A stretch of 64,000 bases of DNA, taken from assembly GCA_947446605.1 (NCBI GenBank), contig CANFHJ010000002.1, forward strand, positions 2,203 to 66,202, given 5' to 3'. Position 1 is the first letter of the stretch. Each line of letters starts with the position of its first letter. Made by a program: the position numbers and the translations under genes. Shown here in pieces: positions 1 to 9,934 of the stretch. Origin of the DNA: Bacteroidota bacterium. Lineage in GTDB: Bacteria; Bacteroidota; Bacteroidia; UKL13-3. The notes below the pieces were generated by a model. The model searched no databases. It saw only the letters and a program-made list of their open reading frames with translations, and had not been told where the DNA came from.

Positions 1-1115
1 TTATTGTAAATAGCAGTGTATTGTTGCGTCACCTATCATTCATTGATGGTGTGGTTGTTGCCAAACCTATTATTCCAATATTGAATAATTTTTTATTCGA
101 TATTAAAGATGGTGTGCTTACCATCCATTCAACAGATTTGGAAACCACAATGAGTACAAGTATTAAAGTGGATGCTAAGGAAGATGTATCAATTGCAATT
201 CCTTCTAAAACTACTTTAGAATTACTTAAAACATTATCGGATCAACCTCTTGCCTTTTCTATTAATGAGGAAAAAGGTAGTGTTGAAATCAAATACGAGA
301 GTGGTCGTTTTAAATTAACCGCTCAAAAAGGCGATGAATTCCCTAAAACACCAGAAGTGGAAGGTGCGAGTACTTTTGAAATTGGTGCTAAAATTCTACA
401 AAAAGCAATCAACAAAAGTGTATTTGCAACCAGTAGCGATGAGTTAAGGTTAAACTTAACTGGCGTTTACCTCCAGTTGTTCAAAAACAATATCACCTTT
501 GTTGCTACCGATGCCAATCGTTTGGTAAGGTTTACTAGAAACGATGTACAACCAGGAACAGAAGAATCTTTGATACTTCCTAAAAAAGCATTGAACCTTT
601 TAAAATCATGCTTACCTAATGATGATACCCAAGTAAAAGTTCATTTTAACCGTCAAAATGCTTTCTTCCAAATTGGAGATGTAAGCTTAATTTGTCGTTT
701 AATTGATGAAAAATATCCTGATTACCGCGCAGTTATTCCTACAGAAAATCCAAATAAATTAACCATCGAAAGAGGTGAGTTTTTAATGGCTGTTAAACGT
801 GTATCAATTACTTCAAACAAAACCACCCATCAAATTCGTTTGAAATTAGCAGGTAGCGAGCTAACCATTAGTGCTGAGGATATTGATTTTGAAAATGAAT
901 CACAAGAAAAATTAGCTTGTTCGTATGCAGGTGAAGACATGGAAATTGGTTTCAATTCTAAATACCTTTTAGAAATGCTAAACAATATGGATGCTGCTAC
1001 AATTGTTCTTGAATTATCTCAGCCAAACCGCGCTGGTGTTATTGTTCCTGCTAATCAAGAAGCAGATGAGGATGTATTAATGCTTATCATGCCAATGATG
1101 TTGAATAGCTATTAA
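1..1115 (+). CDS. dnaN: DNA polymerase III beta sliding clamp (5' end truncated by window edge)
   Basis: Frame is open from nt 3 (IVNSSVLLRHLSFIDG...), so the TTG at 21 in the ORF track is internal. Clamp-length protein ending LMLIMPMMLNSY, followed by a strong terminator. Confidence 0.9.
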   Translation, partial: IVNSSVLLRHLSFIDGVVVAKPIIPILNNFLFDIKDGVLTIHSTDLETTMSTSIKVDAKEDVSIAIPSKTTLELLKTLSDQPLAFSINEEKGSVEIKYESGRFKLTAQKGDEFPKTPEVEGASTFEIGAKILQKAINKSVFATSSDELRLNLTGVYLQLFKNNITFVATDANRLVRFTRNDVQPGTEESLILPKKALNLLKSCLPNDDTQVKVHFNRQNAFFQIGDVSLICRLIDEKYPDYRAVIPTENPNKLTIERGEFLMAVKRVSITSNKTTHQIRLKLAGSELTISAEDIDFENESQEKLACSYAGEDMEIGFNSKYLLEMLNNMDAATIVLELSQPNRAGVIVPANQEADEDVLMLIMPMMLNSY

Positions 1116-1129
1116 TTAAAGATTTTAAC

Positions 1130-1167
1130 AAAAAAAAAGCGCAACAAATTGTTGCGCTTTTTTTTTG
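1130..1167. terminator. bidirectional rho-independent terminator between convergent dnaN and 1168..2388
   Basis: A9-GCGCAAC-aaatt-GTTGCGC-T10. The A-run and T-run flank a GC-rich 7-bp stem, so it can act on both strands. Confidence 0.8.
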
Positions 1168-2388
1168 TTATTGGTTCAGTGGAATCCGCCCTATTTGTAA
1201 CCTGCCATTCACTCTTCTAATTACCTTTGCAAATTCATCAGAAAAATAGCCTGAAGTTTTTATTCTTCTAAAGTAATTCATAGGATCGCCCCCAACAAAA
1301 ATCCCTAATCCATTTGATCCCATATTATAGGGTTTGCCCAATTGAATAAATTGTGTATCATAAAAATATAAGCCATAATCTGCTTTATGGGTATAGTCGG
1401 ACACATCTTCCACAAATGACGCTATAAAATAATTGGTGGTATCAAAATTAGGTTCTACAGTTTGCAATTGCTCATCCACAAAAACGCCTGCAAATTTACC
1501 ACTGTTTACCTTATGGGCATTGGTGTTCATGAAAAATAGGACTTTACAAAAATCAAAGTTTTGCCTAAATTCTTTCATAATATTTTTGTTGGTTTGATTC
1601 TGTAAATTTCTAACATAGTTGGCATCTTCAATGCGTTTCTCAACCAATAATTCATTTATTAATTTTTCATCTGGCGCCTCTAACATTACCAGCAATGTTC
1701 CTTTTGCACGCTTGTTTAATTCGTTTACCAATTGCATTTCATCAAGTACAATTTTATTACGCATTCTAATAGCGCTTAATCTTACACCAACCTCTATGCA
1801 ACTAGGTCTGCCATGAAAAGTATTTGCTGTGCTTTTATTAGTGAAACTGTGTATATATTTTAAATCTAATGACGCAACATTTCCCATGCTCACACTTAAA
1901 CCTAAAATGCCACATAAATCTATTGCCCCAATTGTATTAGTATTCTGGCTATCATTGCTTAATTGGCGGTATCCACCATATTCTAAAATACTGCTGCTGG
2001 TAAAGGTTAAATAGGAGGGCCTTAATCCAACAAACAGGCGCAGGTCGTCCGACATTCTATCTGGCACATAGTTGAGGTATGCGCTGAGGTCTACAAAATT
2101 ACTTTGGTATTTTTTATCTTGTGTATTGTCCCTAAAACTTAACCAAGAAACTGCAGGTTCAATTGTATAATCTAAACGGTTTAAATACCTATTGGTGTTA
2201 TAAGGTGTAATTGGTCTTTGGTAAAAAACGCCAAAACTACCCATGCCTCTGCCAATTAAATTTTCATGAGGAATATGAACAGTGGTGAAATTCCCATTCA
2301 AAATCATTCCATAATTGGCTTCGTCAATTTTCTGACTCCACGAATTAAAAGATACAAGCAAGAACAGGCCAAATAGACTATTTTTCAT
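1168..2388 (-). CDS. hypothetical exported / outer-membrane protein
   Basis: 406-aa ORF with an N-terminal signal peptide (MKNSLFGLFLLVSFNSWSQ). The aromatic-rich N-terminal half is compatible with a beta-barrel. No motif I can name. Confidence 0.5.
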   Translation of the reverse strand: MKNSLFGLFLLVSFNSWSQKIDEANYGMILNGNFTTVHIPHENLIGRGMGSFGVFYQRPITPYNTNRYLNRLDYTIEPAVSWLSFRDNTQDKKYQSNFVDLSAYLNYVPDRMSDDLRLFVGLRPSYLTFTSSSILEYGGYRQLSNDSQNTNTIGAIDLCGILGLSVSMGNVASLDLKYIHSFTNKSTANTFHGRPSCIEVGVRLSAIRMRNKIVLDEMQLVNELNKRAKGTLLVMLEAPDEKLINELLVEKRIEDANYVRNLQNQTNKNIMKEFRQNFDFCKVLFFMNTNAHKVNSGKFAGVFVDEQLQTVEPNFDTTNYFIASFVEDVSDYTHKADYGLYFYDTQFIQLGKPYNMGSNGLGIFVGGDPMNYFRRIKTSGYFSDEFAKVIRRVNGRLQIGRIPLNQ

Positions 2389-2392
2389 GGGC

Positions 2393-3319
2393 TCAATTTA
2401 CAATAAAGTCAATATTTCTTTTCAATCCGTTGTATTTGGTGCGCATTACTGCCGATTTATTAAACACTTTTTTAAAAACATCTTCCGTTAAATCAATCCA
2501 TTCATTTGCTTTCATATTCAGTAATAATTCATTCGGTTCGAACCGAGGCTCTTGATGCTTTAAAGCAAACTTATTCCATGGACAAACATTCATGCAAACA
2601 TCACAACCAAAAACCCAGTTATCGAGTTTTCCTTTCATTTCTTCAGGAATGGCCTCTTTTAATTCAATGGTAAAATAGCTGATACATTTACTACCATCCA
2701 CTTTTTGTGCTTCGTAAATTGCTCCGGTAGGACAAGCATCTATGCATGCAGTGCAAGATCCGCAATGATCGGTAACTGGTGTGTCTACTGCCAATGGAAG
2801 GTCAATTATTAATTCACTTAGGAAGAAAAAAGAACCTGCTTTTTTATGAATAATATTTCCATTTTTCCCAATCCAACCTAAGCCACTTTTTTGCGCCCAA
2901 GCTTTTTCTAAAACTGGCGCAGAATCTACAAAAGCCCTGCCATTTACTTCCCCAATTTCTTCTCTAATAAATTGCAATAATTCATGTAGTTTGTCTTTAA
3001 CCACTTCATGGTAATCTTCTCCAAAAGCATATTGAGAAAGTTTTAAATTTCCAGCAATTTTTATTTCATTTGGATTGTGGTAATTATACATCAAACTCAC
3101 TACCGATTTAGCGCCATCTACCAATAGTGTTGGGTCGAGCCGCTTATCAAAATGGTTTTCCATATAGGCCATTTTACCATTCCTACGCTCCTTTAACCAT
3201 TGCACCAAACGCGGTGCTTCATCTTCTAAAAAGCCTGCCTTTGCTATTCCACAAAAAGAAAAGCCGAGGCGCAAGGCCTCAGCTTTTATCAATTGGGAAT
3301 ATTTTTCTAGTGCATTCAA
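2393..3319 (-). CDS. queG: epoxyqueuosine reductase
   Basis: 308 aa with two ferredoxin-type cluster motifs, [12 protein letters not shown] and [11 protein letters not shown], in a QueG-like arrangement. Contains palindrome copy 1. Confidence 0.85.
   Translation of the reverse strand: MNALEKYSQLIKAEALRLGFSFCGIAKAGFLEDEAPRLVQWLKERRNGKMAYMENHFDKRLDPTLLVDGAKSVVSLMYNYHNPNEIKIAGNLKLSQYAFGEDYHEVVKDKLHELLQFIREEIGEVNGRAFVDSAPVLEKAWAQKSGLGWIGKNGNIIHKKAGSFFFLSELIIDLPLAVDTPVTDHCGSCTACIDACPTGAIYEAQKVDGSKCISYFTIELKEAIPEEMKGKLDNWVFGCDVCMNVCPWNKFALKHQEPRFEPNELLLNMKANEWIDLTEDVFKKVFNKSAVMRTKYNGLKRNIDFIVN
2533..2546. repeat. iterated palindrome copy 1, TCGGTTCGAACCGA (perfect 14-mer)
   Basis: Read directly. 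Lies inside queG and encodes RFEP on the minus strand. Confidence 0.95.
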
Positions 3320-3369
3320 TGAAAGTGCAAGATAGAAAAATTGTACTTTTTTTAATTATTTGTAATTGC

Positions 3370-4926
3370 CTATAGTATTACTTCTTCACCTTTGCCATCA
3401 ATGAACTTGTAATTAACCAGGTGGATACTTTGGTTTGGATTTACCTTAATCCATTGTTTGTATGTTTTAAACCAATTAAATCTTGGAGAATTAAACCAAC
3501 CATTTTTCAAATAAGCTGCTAAAAATGGATGAACCTCAAGACTAAATCCTTTTAAGTGTAAGTTTTCAATCAAGTATTTAATATGACTTTCAATATCGTC
3601 AACTATGCTCACACTCGATTGAATTTCGCCACTTCCCATGCAAGAAGGGCATTTTTCATTGGTAACAACGGCCATTTCAGGACGAACACGTTGTCTAGTA
3701 ATTTGAATCAAACCAAATGGACTCATCGGTAAAATCTTGTGCTTGGCACGATCCGATTTCATTGTTTCTTTTAATTTCTCATAAACCAACTTGCGGTTGC
3801 CTGCGGTTTTCAAATCAATTAAATCTATTACAATAATTCCACCTAAATCTCTTAATCTCAATTGACGCGCAATTTCTTCAACCGCGTCCATATTCACTTT
3901 CAAGGCATTTTCTTCCTGGTTTTCACCTTTGCCAGAAGTGTTTCCACTGTTTACATCAATTACATGTAAGGCTTCCGTATGCTCAATAATTAAATAAGAG
4001 CCACTCATGAAATTAACCTCTTTACCAAAGCTGGTTTTAATTTGCTTTTCTACCCCAAAATTTTCGAAAATGGGTAGTTTTCCATTATAAAACTTAACAA
4101 TATTTTCTAGTTCTGGTGATTTGTTTTTTAGGTACGACTTAATCTTATTGTATAAGAAATTATCGTTAATTTGAATATTGGTAAAGGTTTCATTCACCAA
4201 ATCCCTAACCATGGTAAGGGTTCTGTCGTTTTCACCTAATACTTTTTGAGGGGCATTGGCTTCTTTTAATTGCTTGCACAACTCATCCCATTTACCCATT
4301 AAATCCTTTAAATCATTTTGAAGATCTTCAATGCTTTCACCTTCTGCATTGGTTCTAATAATTACACCAAAATGTTCAGGTTTTATAGCTGCAACAGCCT
4401 CTTTAAGTCTTCTGCGTTCTTCTTGTTTTACAATCTTTTTAGATATACTAATAGAATGGTCAAAAGGCATCATTACCAAAAATCTTCCAGCTAAAGACAA
4501 CTCGCAGGTTAAGCGTGGACCTTTATTAGAAATTGGTTCTTTGGTTACTTGAACCAAAATCTGTTGGTTCCTTTTTAATATGTCGGTAATTTTTCCACCC
4601 TTAACAATATCTGATTCTAAATGTTCTTTTAGAATATTGTTTTCTTTGGGTCGGCTACTGCGCAGCATGCGCGTAAATTTCTGCGTAGATTGGTATTGTG
4701 GACCTAAATCTAAATAATGGAGAAAGGCATCTTTTTCGTGGCCAACATCAACAAAACCAGCGTTTAAGCCAGGCATTATTTTACCTACATTTCCTAAATA
4801 GACATCACCAACTTGAAAGTTGTTGTCAACTTTTTCGTGGTGCAATTCTATAAGTTTGCGGTCTTTTAGTATGGCAATGTCGACCCCTCCCGATGGGTTT
4901 GAATTGATAATTAATTCGTAATTCAC
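3370..4926 (-). CDS. rng: ribonuclease E/G family endoribonuclease
   Basis: 518 aa with an N-terminal S1 domain (GDVYLGNVGKIMPGLNAGFVDVG), core motif HVIDVNSGN and a Cys pair CPSCMGSG. Confidence 0.85.
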   Translation of the reverse strand: MNYELIINSNPSGGVDIAILKDRKLIELHHEKVDNNFQVGDVYLGNVGKIMPGLNAGFVDVGHEKDAFLHYLDLGPQYQSTQKFTRMLRSSRPKENNILKEHLESDIVKGGKITDILKRNQQILVQVTKEPISNKGPRLTCELSLAGRFLVMMPFDHSISISKKIVKQEERRRLKEAVAAIKPEHFGVIIRTNAEGESIEDLQNDLKDLMGKWDELCKQLKEANAPQKVLGENDRTLTMVRDLVNETFTNIQINDNFLYNKIKSYLKNKSPELENIVKFYNGKLPIFENFGVEKQIKTSFGKEVNFMSGSYLIIEHTEALHVIDVNSGNTSGKGENQEENALKVNMDAVEEIARQLRLRDLGGIIVIDLIDLKTAGNRKLVYEKLKETMKSDRAKHKILPMSPFGLIQITRQRVRPEMAVVTNEKCPSCMGSGEIQSSVSIVDDIESHIKYLIENLHLKGFSLEVHPFLAAYLKNGWFNSPRFNWFKTYKQWIKVNPNQSIHLVNYKFIDGKGEEVIL

Positions 4927-5013
4927 TATAATAATATATTAGGCAAGCAACCTTATTTGGTTGTTGCAATGTGAGGGAGGGTATAATAAAATAACTTAAG
5001 AGGAACAAGAACA

Positions 5014-5050
5014 GAAAAAGAAGTAAGGACTTAAATCTTACTTCTTTTTC
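5014..5050. terminator. rho-independent terminator downstream of the bTHX-like gene
   Basis: Perfect 10-bp stem AAGAAGTAAG (5018-5027) / CTTACTTCTT (5037-5046) with a 9-nt loop, flanked by an A-run and a T-run. Confidence 0.7.
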
Positions 5051-5058
5051 AATTCAGT

Positions 5059-5151
5059 TTACTTCTTCTTCTTGTGTCTGTTTTTACGTAGACGTTTTTT
5101 GCGTTTGTGGGTTGCGATTTTATGACGCTTTCTTTTTTTACCGCTTGGCAT
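5059..5151 (-). CDS. 30-aa bTHX-like (mS38/AURKAIP1-like) small ribosomal protein
   Basis: Not in the ORF track because it is under 60 aa. It translates to MPSGKKRKRHKIATHKRKKRLRKNRHKKKK, which matches my memory of the small Lys/Arg-rich bTHX-type protein of Bacteroidota. The ATG lies 1 nt after the stop of the upstream TPR gene, and a terminator follows. Confidence 0.65.
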   Translation of the reverse strand: MPSGKKRKRHKIATHKRKKRLRKNRHKKKK

Positions 5152-5152
5152 G

Positions 5153-5995
5153 TTAATTAGAATTTTTAAGGTTATTAATCGTGATTTCTATATTTTTCTT
5201 TGCTTCCTCTTCAGGCACAAGGCTCTTAAAGGTTTCAAATGACTTAATTGCTAGGTTCTTTTTCCCCATCTGACTATATACTTCTCCTAGGTAATAATGA
5301 AACTCTGGATTCATTGGCTGAATCCTAACAAGCGTCTCAAACCTAGCAGCAGCTTTTTCTATTTGTCCGCTTCTCATAGATTGAATTCCCAAGGTATAAT
5401 TGGCATCAATATTATTAGAATCTCTGCGGGTTACATCTTTTAATAACTGAACACCTTTCATAATGTCCAAATCATTTTGTATGTAACAAATAGCTAAAGC
5501 ATTTTTGGCTTCTAAATTGTTTTCGTTTAAGGAAACAACTTTTTCAAATGCGGCTATGGCCTGTTTTGAAGCATAAATTTGCATGGCAGTATCACTACAA
5601 GTACCAGCAAATTCATAAAAACGCATACCTGCATTTAACCAAGAGTTTTCGTCGTTTAGCTTGGCTGCAAATAAAGCAAAATAATGCGCACCAACTAATT
5701 TGTATCCCAAAGAATCCCATGTATTAGAAATACCGGCAATTTCATAAGTTCTCGCATCAGGTTTATTGGCGGCATCAGTTAGCGTTTTTACTAGCTCATT
5801 GGCTGCAGGACTAATTGAATCCTTTAAATTACTCAAATAGTCATTAAAGTCGAATTGTTTCTGCATGCTCACTGGAGCTTCTCCAACAGAAACGGTTTCC
5901 TCAGGTGTAGCGGATTTGTAATTTAGATAAACTAAAATACCCACCAAACTAAGAAGAACGGCTAAAATTATTATTTGAGCTTTGTTAAATTGCAT
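5153..5995 (-). CDS. membrane-anchored TPR repeat protein
   Basis: 280 aa with an N-terminal TM helix (IIILAVLLSLVGILVYL) and TPR-like repeats (e.g. AKNALAICYIQ, EFHYYLGEVYSQMGK). Its start overlaps the HU stop (TAATG). Confidence 0.6.
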   Translation of the reverse strand: MQFNKAQIIILAVLLSLVGILVYLNYKSATPEETVSVGEAPVSMQKQFDFNDYLSNLKDSISPAANELVKTLTDAANKPDARTYEIAGISNTWDSLGYKLVGAHYFALFAAKLNDENSWLNAGMRFYEFAGTCSDTAMQIYASKQAIAAFEKVVSLNENNLEAKNALAICYIQNDLDIMKGVQLLKDVTRRDSNNIDANYTLGIQSMRSGQIEKAAARFETLVRIQPMNPEFHYYLGEVYSQMGKKNLAIKSFETFKSLVPEEEAKKNIEITINNLKNSN

Positions 5996-6336
5996 TAAGC
6001 TTCTCTTAAGGCTTGTTTTGCTTCAGCTTCTCTTTTTGCAGCTGTTGTTTTTACTACTTCGCTTTTCTTGATTTTTTCAACAAAAGTTTTTGCAGGTTTA
6101 AATGAAGGGATATAATGCTCATCAATAACCATTGCAGTATTTTTTGAGATGTTACGCGCAATTTTCTTAGCACGTCTTTTAATAATAAATGAACCAAAAC
6201 CACGGAAATAAACGTTTTTTCCTTCGGTCATGTTGTTGCGAACCACTTTAAAGAAAGACTCTACTACTTCTTGCACTTGGTTTTTCTCTACACCTGTTTT
6301 AAGTGAAATCTCTTGGATAATTTCTGCTTTAGTCAT
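5995..6336 (-). CDS. HU/IHF-family DNA-binding protein with Lys/Ala-rich C-terminal extension
   Basis: 113 aa. MTKAEIIQEISLKTG...FRGFGSFIIKRRAKKIARN is the HU fold and arm signature. Confidence 0.8.
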   Translation of the reverse strand: MTKAEIIQEISLKTGVEKNQVQEVVESFFKVVRNNMTEGKNVYFRGFGSFIIKRRAKKIARNISKNTAMVIDEHYIPSFKPAKTFVEKIKKSEVVKTTAAKREAEAKQALREA

Positions 6337-6404
6337 TGTTAATCTGTATTATATGATTTGATTTTTTCTTAATTTTTTGTCTTTTACGTATTCGTAAGGG
6401 GTTG

Positions 6405-6412
6405 CAAATGTA
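6405..6412 (-). promoter_or_regulatory. candidate Bacteroidota -7 box (TACATTTG) for the HU operon
   Basis: The minus strand reads TACATTTG, matching TAnnTTTG, 69 nt upstream of the HU ATG. No clean -33 TTTG is seen. Confidence 0.3.
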
Positions 6413-6478
6413 TGTATTAGAACTGAAAAATGATGTTTTTTTTATAAAATAATTCATTTTTCTTGCCAGTCCTTAATT

Positions 6479-7549
6479 ATGCTACAAAAAGAACTTCTTT
6501 ATTGGTTCGGTTTAAACAAACGTGAACTTCCTTGGAGAAATACCCAAGATCCTTATATAATATGGCTTTCGGAGGTTATTTTACAGCAAACACGTGTCCA
6601 ACAAGGGCTGCCTTATTTCCAAAATTTTCTTCAAAAATATCCTGATGTTTTTTCGATGGCCGCCGCAAAAGAAGACCAAATTCTCAAAATTTGGCAGGGA
6701 TTAGGTTATTATAGTAGGGCAAGAAATATGCTAAAAACGGCTCGATTGGTTTCCGAAAACTACAATGGGCAATTTCCTAAATCCTATTCCGAGTTAATAA
6801 AGCTAAAAGGAATTGGCCCTTACACAGCTGCCGCCATCGCAAGTTTTGCTTTTAATGAGCCAGTTGCTGTTTTGGATGGTAATGTTTTTCGCGTGCTTTC
6901 GCGCCTATATGCCAAGAATGATCCAATTAATTCTAGTACAGGGAAAAAAGTGTTTGAGGAACTAGCCCATAATTTCCTCAACAAGGCTAATCCAGCTACC
7001 CATAACCAGGCCATCATGGAATTAGGAGCATTGGTTTGTACCCCCAAAAATCCCAATTGTTCTATTTGTCCATTGCAAAAATCTTGTCTTGCCTTTGATT
7101 TGGGTTTGGTTCAAACATTACCCGTAAAATTGAAGAAGCTCAAAGTTAGAACGCGTTTTTTACATTATTTTATTTTTGAAAATAAGGGCAAAATAGCCAT
7201 TTATCAAAGACCTGAGGGCGATATTTGGCAAAATTTATTTGATTTACCTTCCTTTGAAGATACAAGTCATTTGGACAAATTTTTACTTAAAAACAAATTG
7301 CTTGAATTAAATTGGCTTGAGCAAAATGATGAAATTGAATTTCTACTTCAAATGAAACATATTCTTACCCATCAACGTTTAGAGGCCATTTATTTTTTGG
7401 TTCGAACCAATACATTACCTAAATTAAATATAAACGAGCTTTGGATTGAACCGAGAGCATTAAAATTAAAAGCTATACCGCGACTTTTTGATAAATTTCT
7501 AGATTGGTGGAAAAGCAATGACTTAGGAAACTTAACTTTGAAAAAATAA
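6479..7549 (+). CDS. mutY: A/G-specific adenine DNA glycosylase
   Basis: 356 aa with HhH-GPD (LKGIGPYTAAAIASFAF), an Fe-S cluster loop (CTPKNPNCSICPLQKSC) and a C-terminal NUDIX-like domain. Contains palindrome copy 2. Confidence 0.85.
   Translation: MLQKELLYWFGLNKRELPWRNTQDPYIIWLSEVILQQTRVQQGLPYFQNFLQKYPDVFSMAAAKEDQILKIWQGLGYYSRARNMLKTARLVSENYNGQFPKSYSELIKLKGIGPYTAAAIASFAFNEPVAVLDGNVFRVLSRLYAKNDPINSSTGKKVFEELAHNFLNKANPATHNQAIMELGALVCTPKNPNCSICPLQKSCLAFDLGLVQTLPVKLKKLKVRTRFLHYFIFENKGKIAIYQRPEGDIWQNLFDLPSFEDTSHLDKFLLKNKLLELNWLEQNDEIEFLLQMKHILTHQRLEAIYFLVRTNTLPKLNINELWIEPRALKLKAIPRLFDKFLDWWKSNDLGNLTLKK
7397..7410. repeat. iterated palindrome copy 2, TTGGTTCGAACCAA (perfect 14-mer)
   Basis: Read directly. 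Lies inside mutY and encodes VRT. Confidence 0.95.
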
Positions 7550-7556
7550 GCTAAAA

Positions 7557-7931
7557 ATGAGTTTGAATAAAGTAATGCTAATTGGCCATCTTGGGCAAGA
7601 TCCTGTGGTAAAATACCTAGAGAATAATAGGGTAGTGGCACAGTTTTCAATGGCCACACAAGAACAATACACCGATAAAAACAACGAACGAAAAGTAGAA
7701 ACCGAATGGCATAATATTGAATCCTGGGACCTTTTGGCTAAAAATATCGACCAATTGAAAATGAAAGGCTACCTAAAAAAAGGATCACAAGTTTATGTTG
7801 AAGGCAAAATTAGAAGCGAATTGTATACGGATAAAAATGGAGTGGAAACCATGAGGAAGAAAATAAAGGCCAACCAAATTCAATTATTAGGTTCAGCAAA
7901 AACCAATATTGATAAGCCTTCAGAAGTATAA
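7557..7931 (+). CDS. ssb: single-stranded DNA-binding protein, short form without acidic C-terminal tip
   Basis: 124 aa with an OB-fold N-terminus (MSLNKVMLIGHLGQDPVVKY...). It ends ...TNIDKPSEV rather than a D-D-x-P-F type tail. Confidence 0.8.
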   Translation: MSLNKVMLIGHLGQDPVVKYLENNRVVAQFSMATQEQYTDKNNERKVETEWHNIESWDLLAKNIDQLKMKGYLKKGSQVYVEGKIRSELYTDKNGVETMRKKIKANQIQLLGSAKTNIDKPSEV

Positions 7932-8018
7932 AAGCGCCTAACAAAGCCCAATTTGCTCATCTTTTTCATTTGTGCTGCAATTTCCTTACTTTTGCCTTAT
8001 CATCACTTTAATAAAATT

Positions 8019-9368
8019 ATGGACGAGCCTCCTCCCGGTAGCATCATTTTTCAAATAATAAATCCTGAATTCAGTTCGGCTGAAACGCTAAGTGTTTTGC
8101 TTAGCCTTTTGTTTATTTTATTTCTCGTTTTTCTATCTGCATGCTATTCTGGCTCTGAAAACGCTTTGTTTTCTTTGAGCAAAACGCAATTGGCTGAACT
8201 AATTGAAGAGCCTGGTTCTAGAGCTAAAGCCATCAATTTTCTTCTTCGCTACCCTAAAAGATTATTAGCAACAATTCTTATTGCAAATACCTTTGTAAAT
8301 ATTGCCGTAGTGCTTGTAACAACCTTTCTATTTGAAACTTTATTTAATTTTAAAGTTTATCCTTTGTTTGGTTTTTTATTTGAAGTAGTTTTTGTAACCT
8401 TCTTATTAGTTCTTTTTGGTGAGGTAATTCCTAAGGTTTATTCATTTCAAAACAATGTTAAAATGTCTAGGATACTAGCAGTTCCATTGTATTATACCTA
8501 CAAAACTTTTCAACCTTTGGTTTATGTACTTGAAAAAAGCACTACTGTTATTGATAAACGCATTACAAAAAAAGGTCATATTCTTTCTGTTGATGAACTT
8601 ACACATGCCATTGAAATAACCTCAGAAAAAGATGCCCCAAAACAAGAAAAAAATATTTTAAAAGGTGTCGTAAATTTTGGCAATACCAATGTAAAACAAA
8701 TTATGCGTCAAAGGCCAGATATTATTGGCGTTGAATTGAATACTCCTTTCCAACAATTGATGCATCAAATTGTTGATTCTGGATACAGTCGTGTGCCAGT
8801 TTATGAAGTGAACCTAGATACTATTAAGGGGATTTTATTCACCAAAGATTTACTCCCTCATTTAAATGAAGCGCCCGACTTTAATTGGCAAAGTTTGATT
8901 CGTCCAGTATATTACGTTCCAGAAAGTAAAAAAATTGACGATTTATTAAAGGAATTTCAAACAAAACGTATGCACCTTGCCATTGTTGTTGATGAGTTTG
9001 GTGGCACCAGCGGCATTGTGAGCATGGAAGATATTGTGGAGGAAATTTTTGGTGAAATTCAAGATGAATTTGATGAAGATGAACATGTATATACAAAAAT
9101 AAACCAATACACTTTTGTGTTTGAAGGGAAAATGCTCATTAATGATATGTGCAAATACATGGAACTTTCTGTTGATGATTTTGAAGATGTAAGAAATGAT
9201 GCAGAAACACTTGGTGGCATGCTTTTAGAAATTAATGCACATCTGCCTAAAATGGGTCAGGTTATTAAATTTAAGAACTATACATTTAAAATAGAATCGG
9301 TTGATGCCCGAAGAATTAAGAGGGTTAAAGTAACCGTTATTCCAAGTTCAGCTTATGCCGAAAATTAA
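8019..9368 (+). CDS. gldE: gliding motility-associated CBS-domain / CorC-HlyC family membrane protein
   Basis: N-terminal DUF21-like TM region, a CBS pair and a CorC_HlyC C-terminal domain. The mutY-ssb-gldE-gldD context is as I recall for Flavobacterium. ATG at 8019 (MDEPPPG...) is preferred over the TTG at 7953 in the track. Confidence 0.7.
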   Translation: MDEPPPGSIIFQIINPEFSSAETLSVLLSLLFILFLVFLSACYSGSENALFSLSKTQLAELIEEPGSRAKAINFLLRYPKRLLATILIANTFVNIAVVLVTTFLFETLFNFKVYPLFGFLFEVVFVTFLLVLFGEVIPKVYSFQNNVKMSRILAVPLYYTYKTFQPLVYVLEKSTTVIDKRITKKGHILSVDELTHAIEITSEKDAPKQEKNILKGVVNFGNTNVKQIMRQRPDIIGVELNTPFQQLMHQIVDSGYSRVPVYEVNLDTIKGILFTKDLLPHLNEAPDFNWQSLIRPVYYVPESKKIDDLLKEFQTKRMHLAIVVDEFGGTSGIVSMEDIVEEIFGEIQDEFDEDEHVYTKINQYTFVFEGKMLINDMCKYMELSVDDFEDVRNDAETLGGMLLEINAHLPKMGQVIKFKNYTFKIESVDARRIKRVKVTVIPSSAYAEN

Positions 9369-9933
9369 TTCTATACTTGCTTTTACAATCCTTTTGACCA
9401 TTGCCTGTGGCTCAGATCAATCAGGTATACCACGTCCAAGAGGTTTTGAAAGAATTAATTTTCCAGAAAAGGATTTTAAGCGAGTAGCATTAGAAAATTG
9501 TCATTATAGTTTTGAAATGCCCGCTTATGCCGAACTCAAATTAGACCCTTACCCAAGCGCAGAAGAATGTTGGTATAACGTGTATTATAAGCCATTTGGC
9601 GCAACCCTACATTTGAGTTATAGGGAAGTGAAAGACAGAAATGACTTGTTTAAATTATTGAATGATTCGCGTGAAATGGTATTTAAACATGTGATGCGCG
9701 CAGATCAAATTGTAGAAAATTATGTTTCTACAGATCAATTTCATGGAATTTTTTATGAGTTAGATGGAAGCACCGCCACCAATGCGCAATTCTATGTAAC
9801 AGATAGTACAGAACATTTTCTACGTGGCTCTTTGTATTTTGATGTAAAAACAAATCAAGATTCTATTGCTCCTGTATTGAAATTCTTAAAAGCAGATATG
9901 CTTCATTTAATAGAAACCCTTCATTGGGAATAA
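9355..9933 (+). CDS. gldD: gliding motility lipoprotein GldD
   Basis: 192 aa with a lipoprotein signal (LLTIAC-GS). It overlaps the gldE 3' end by 14 nt. Size and position immediately after gldE fit GldD. Confidence 0.6.
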   Translation: MPKINSILAFTILLTIACGSDQSGIPRPRGFERINFPEKDFKRVALENCHYSFEMPAYAELKLDPYPSAEECWYNVYYKPFGATLHLSYREVKDRNDLFKLLNDSREMVFKHVMRADQIVENYVSTDQFHGIFYELDGSTATNAQFYVTDSTEHFLRGSLYFDVKTNQDSIAPVLKFLKADMLHLIETLHWE

Positions 9934-9934
9934 G

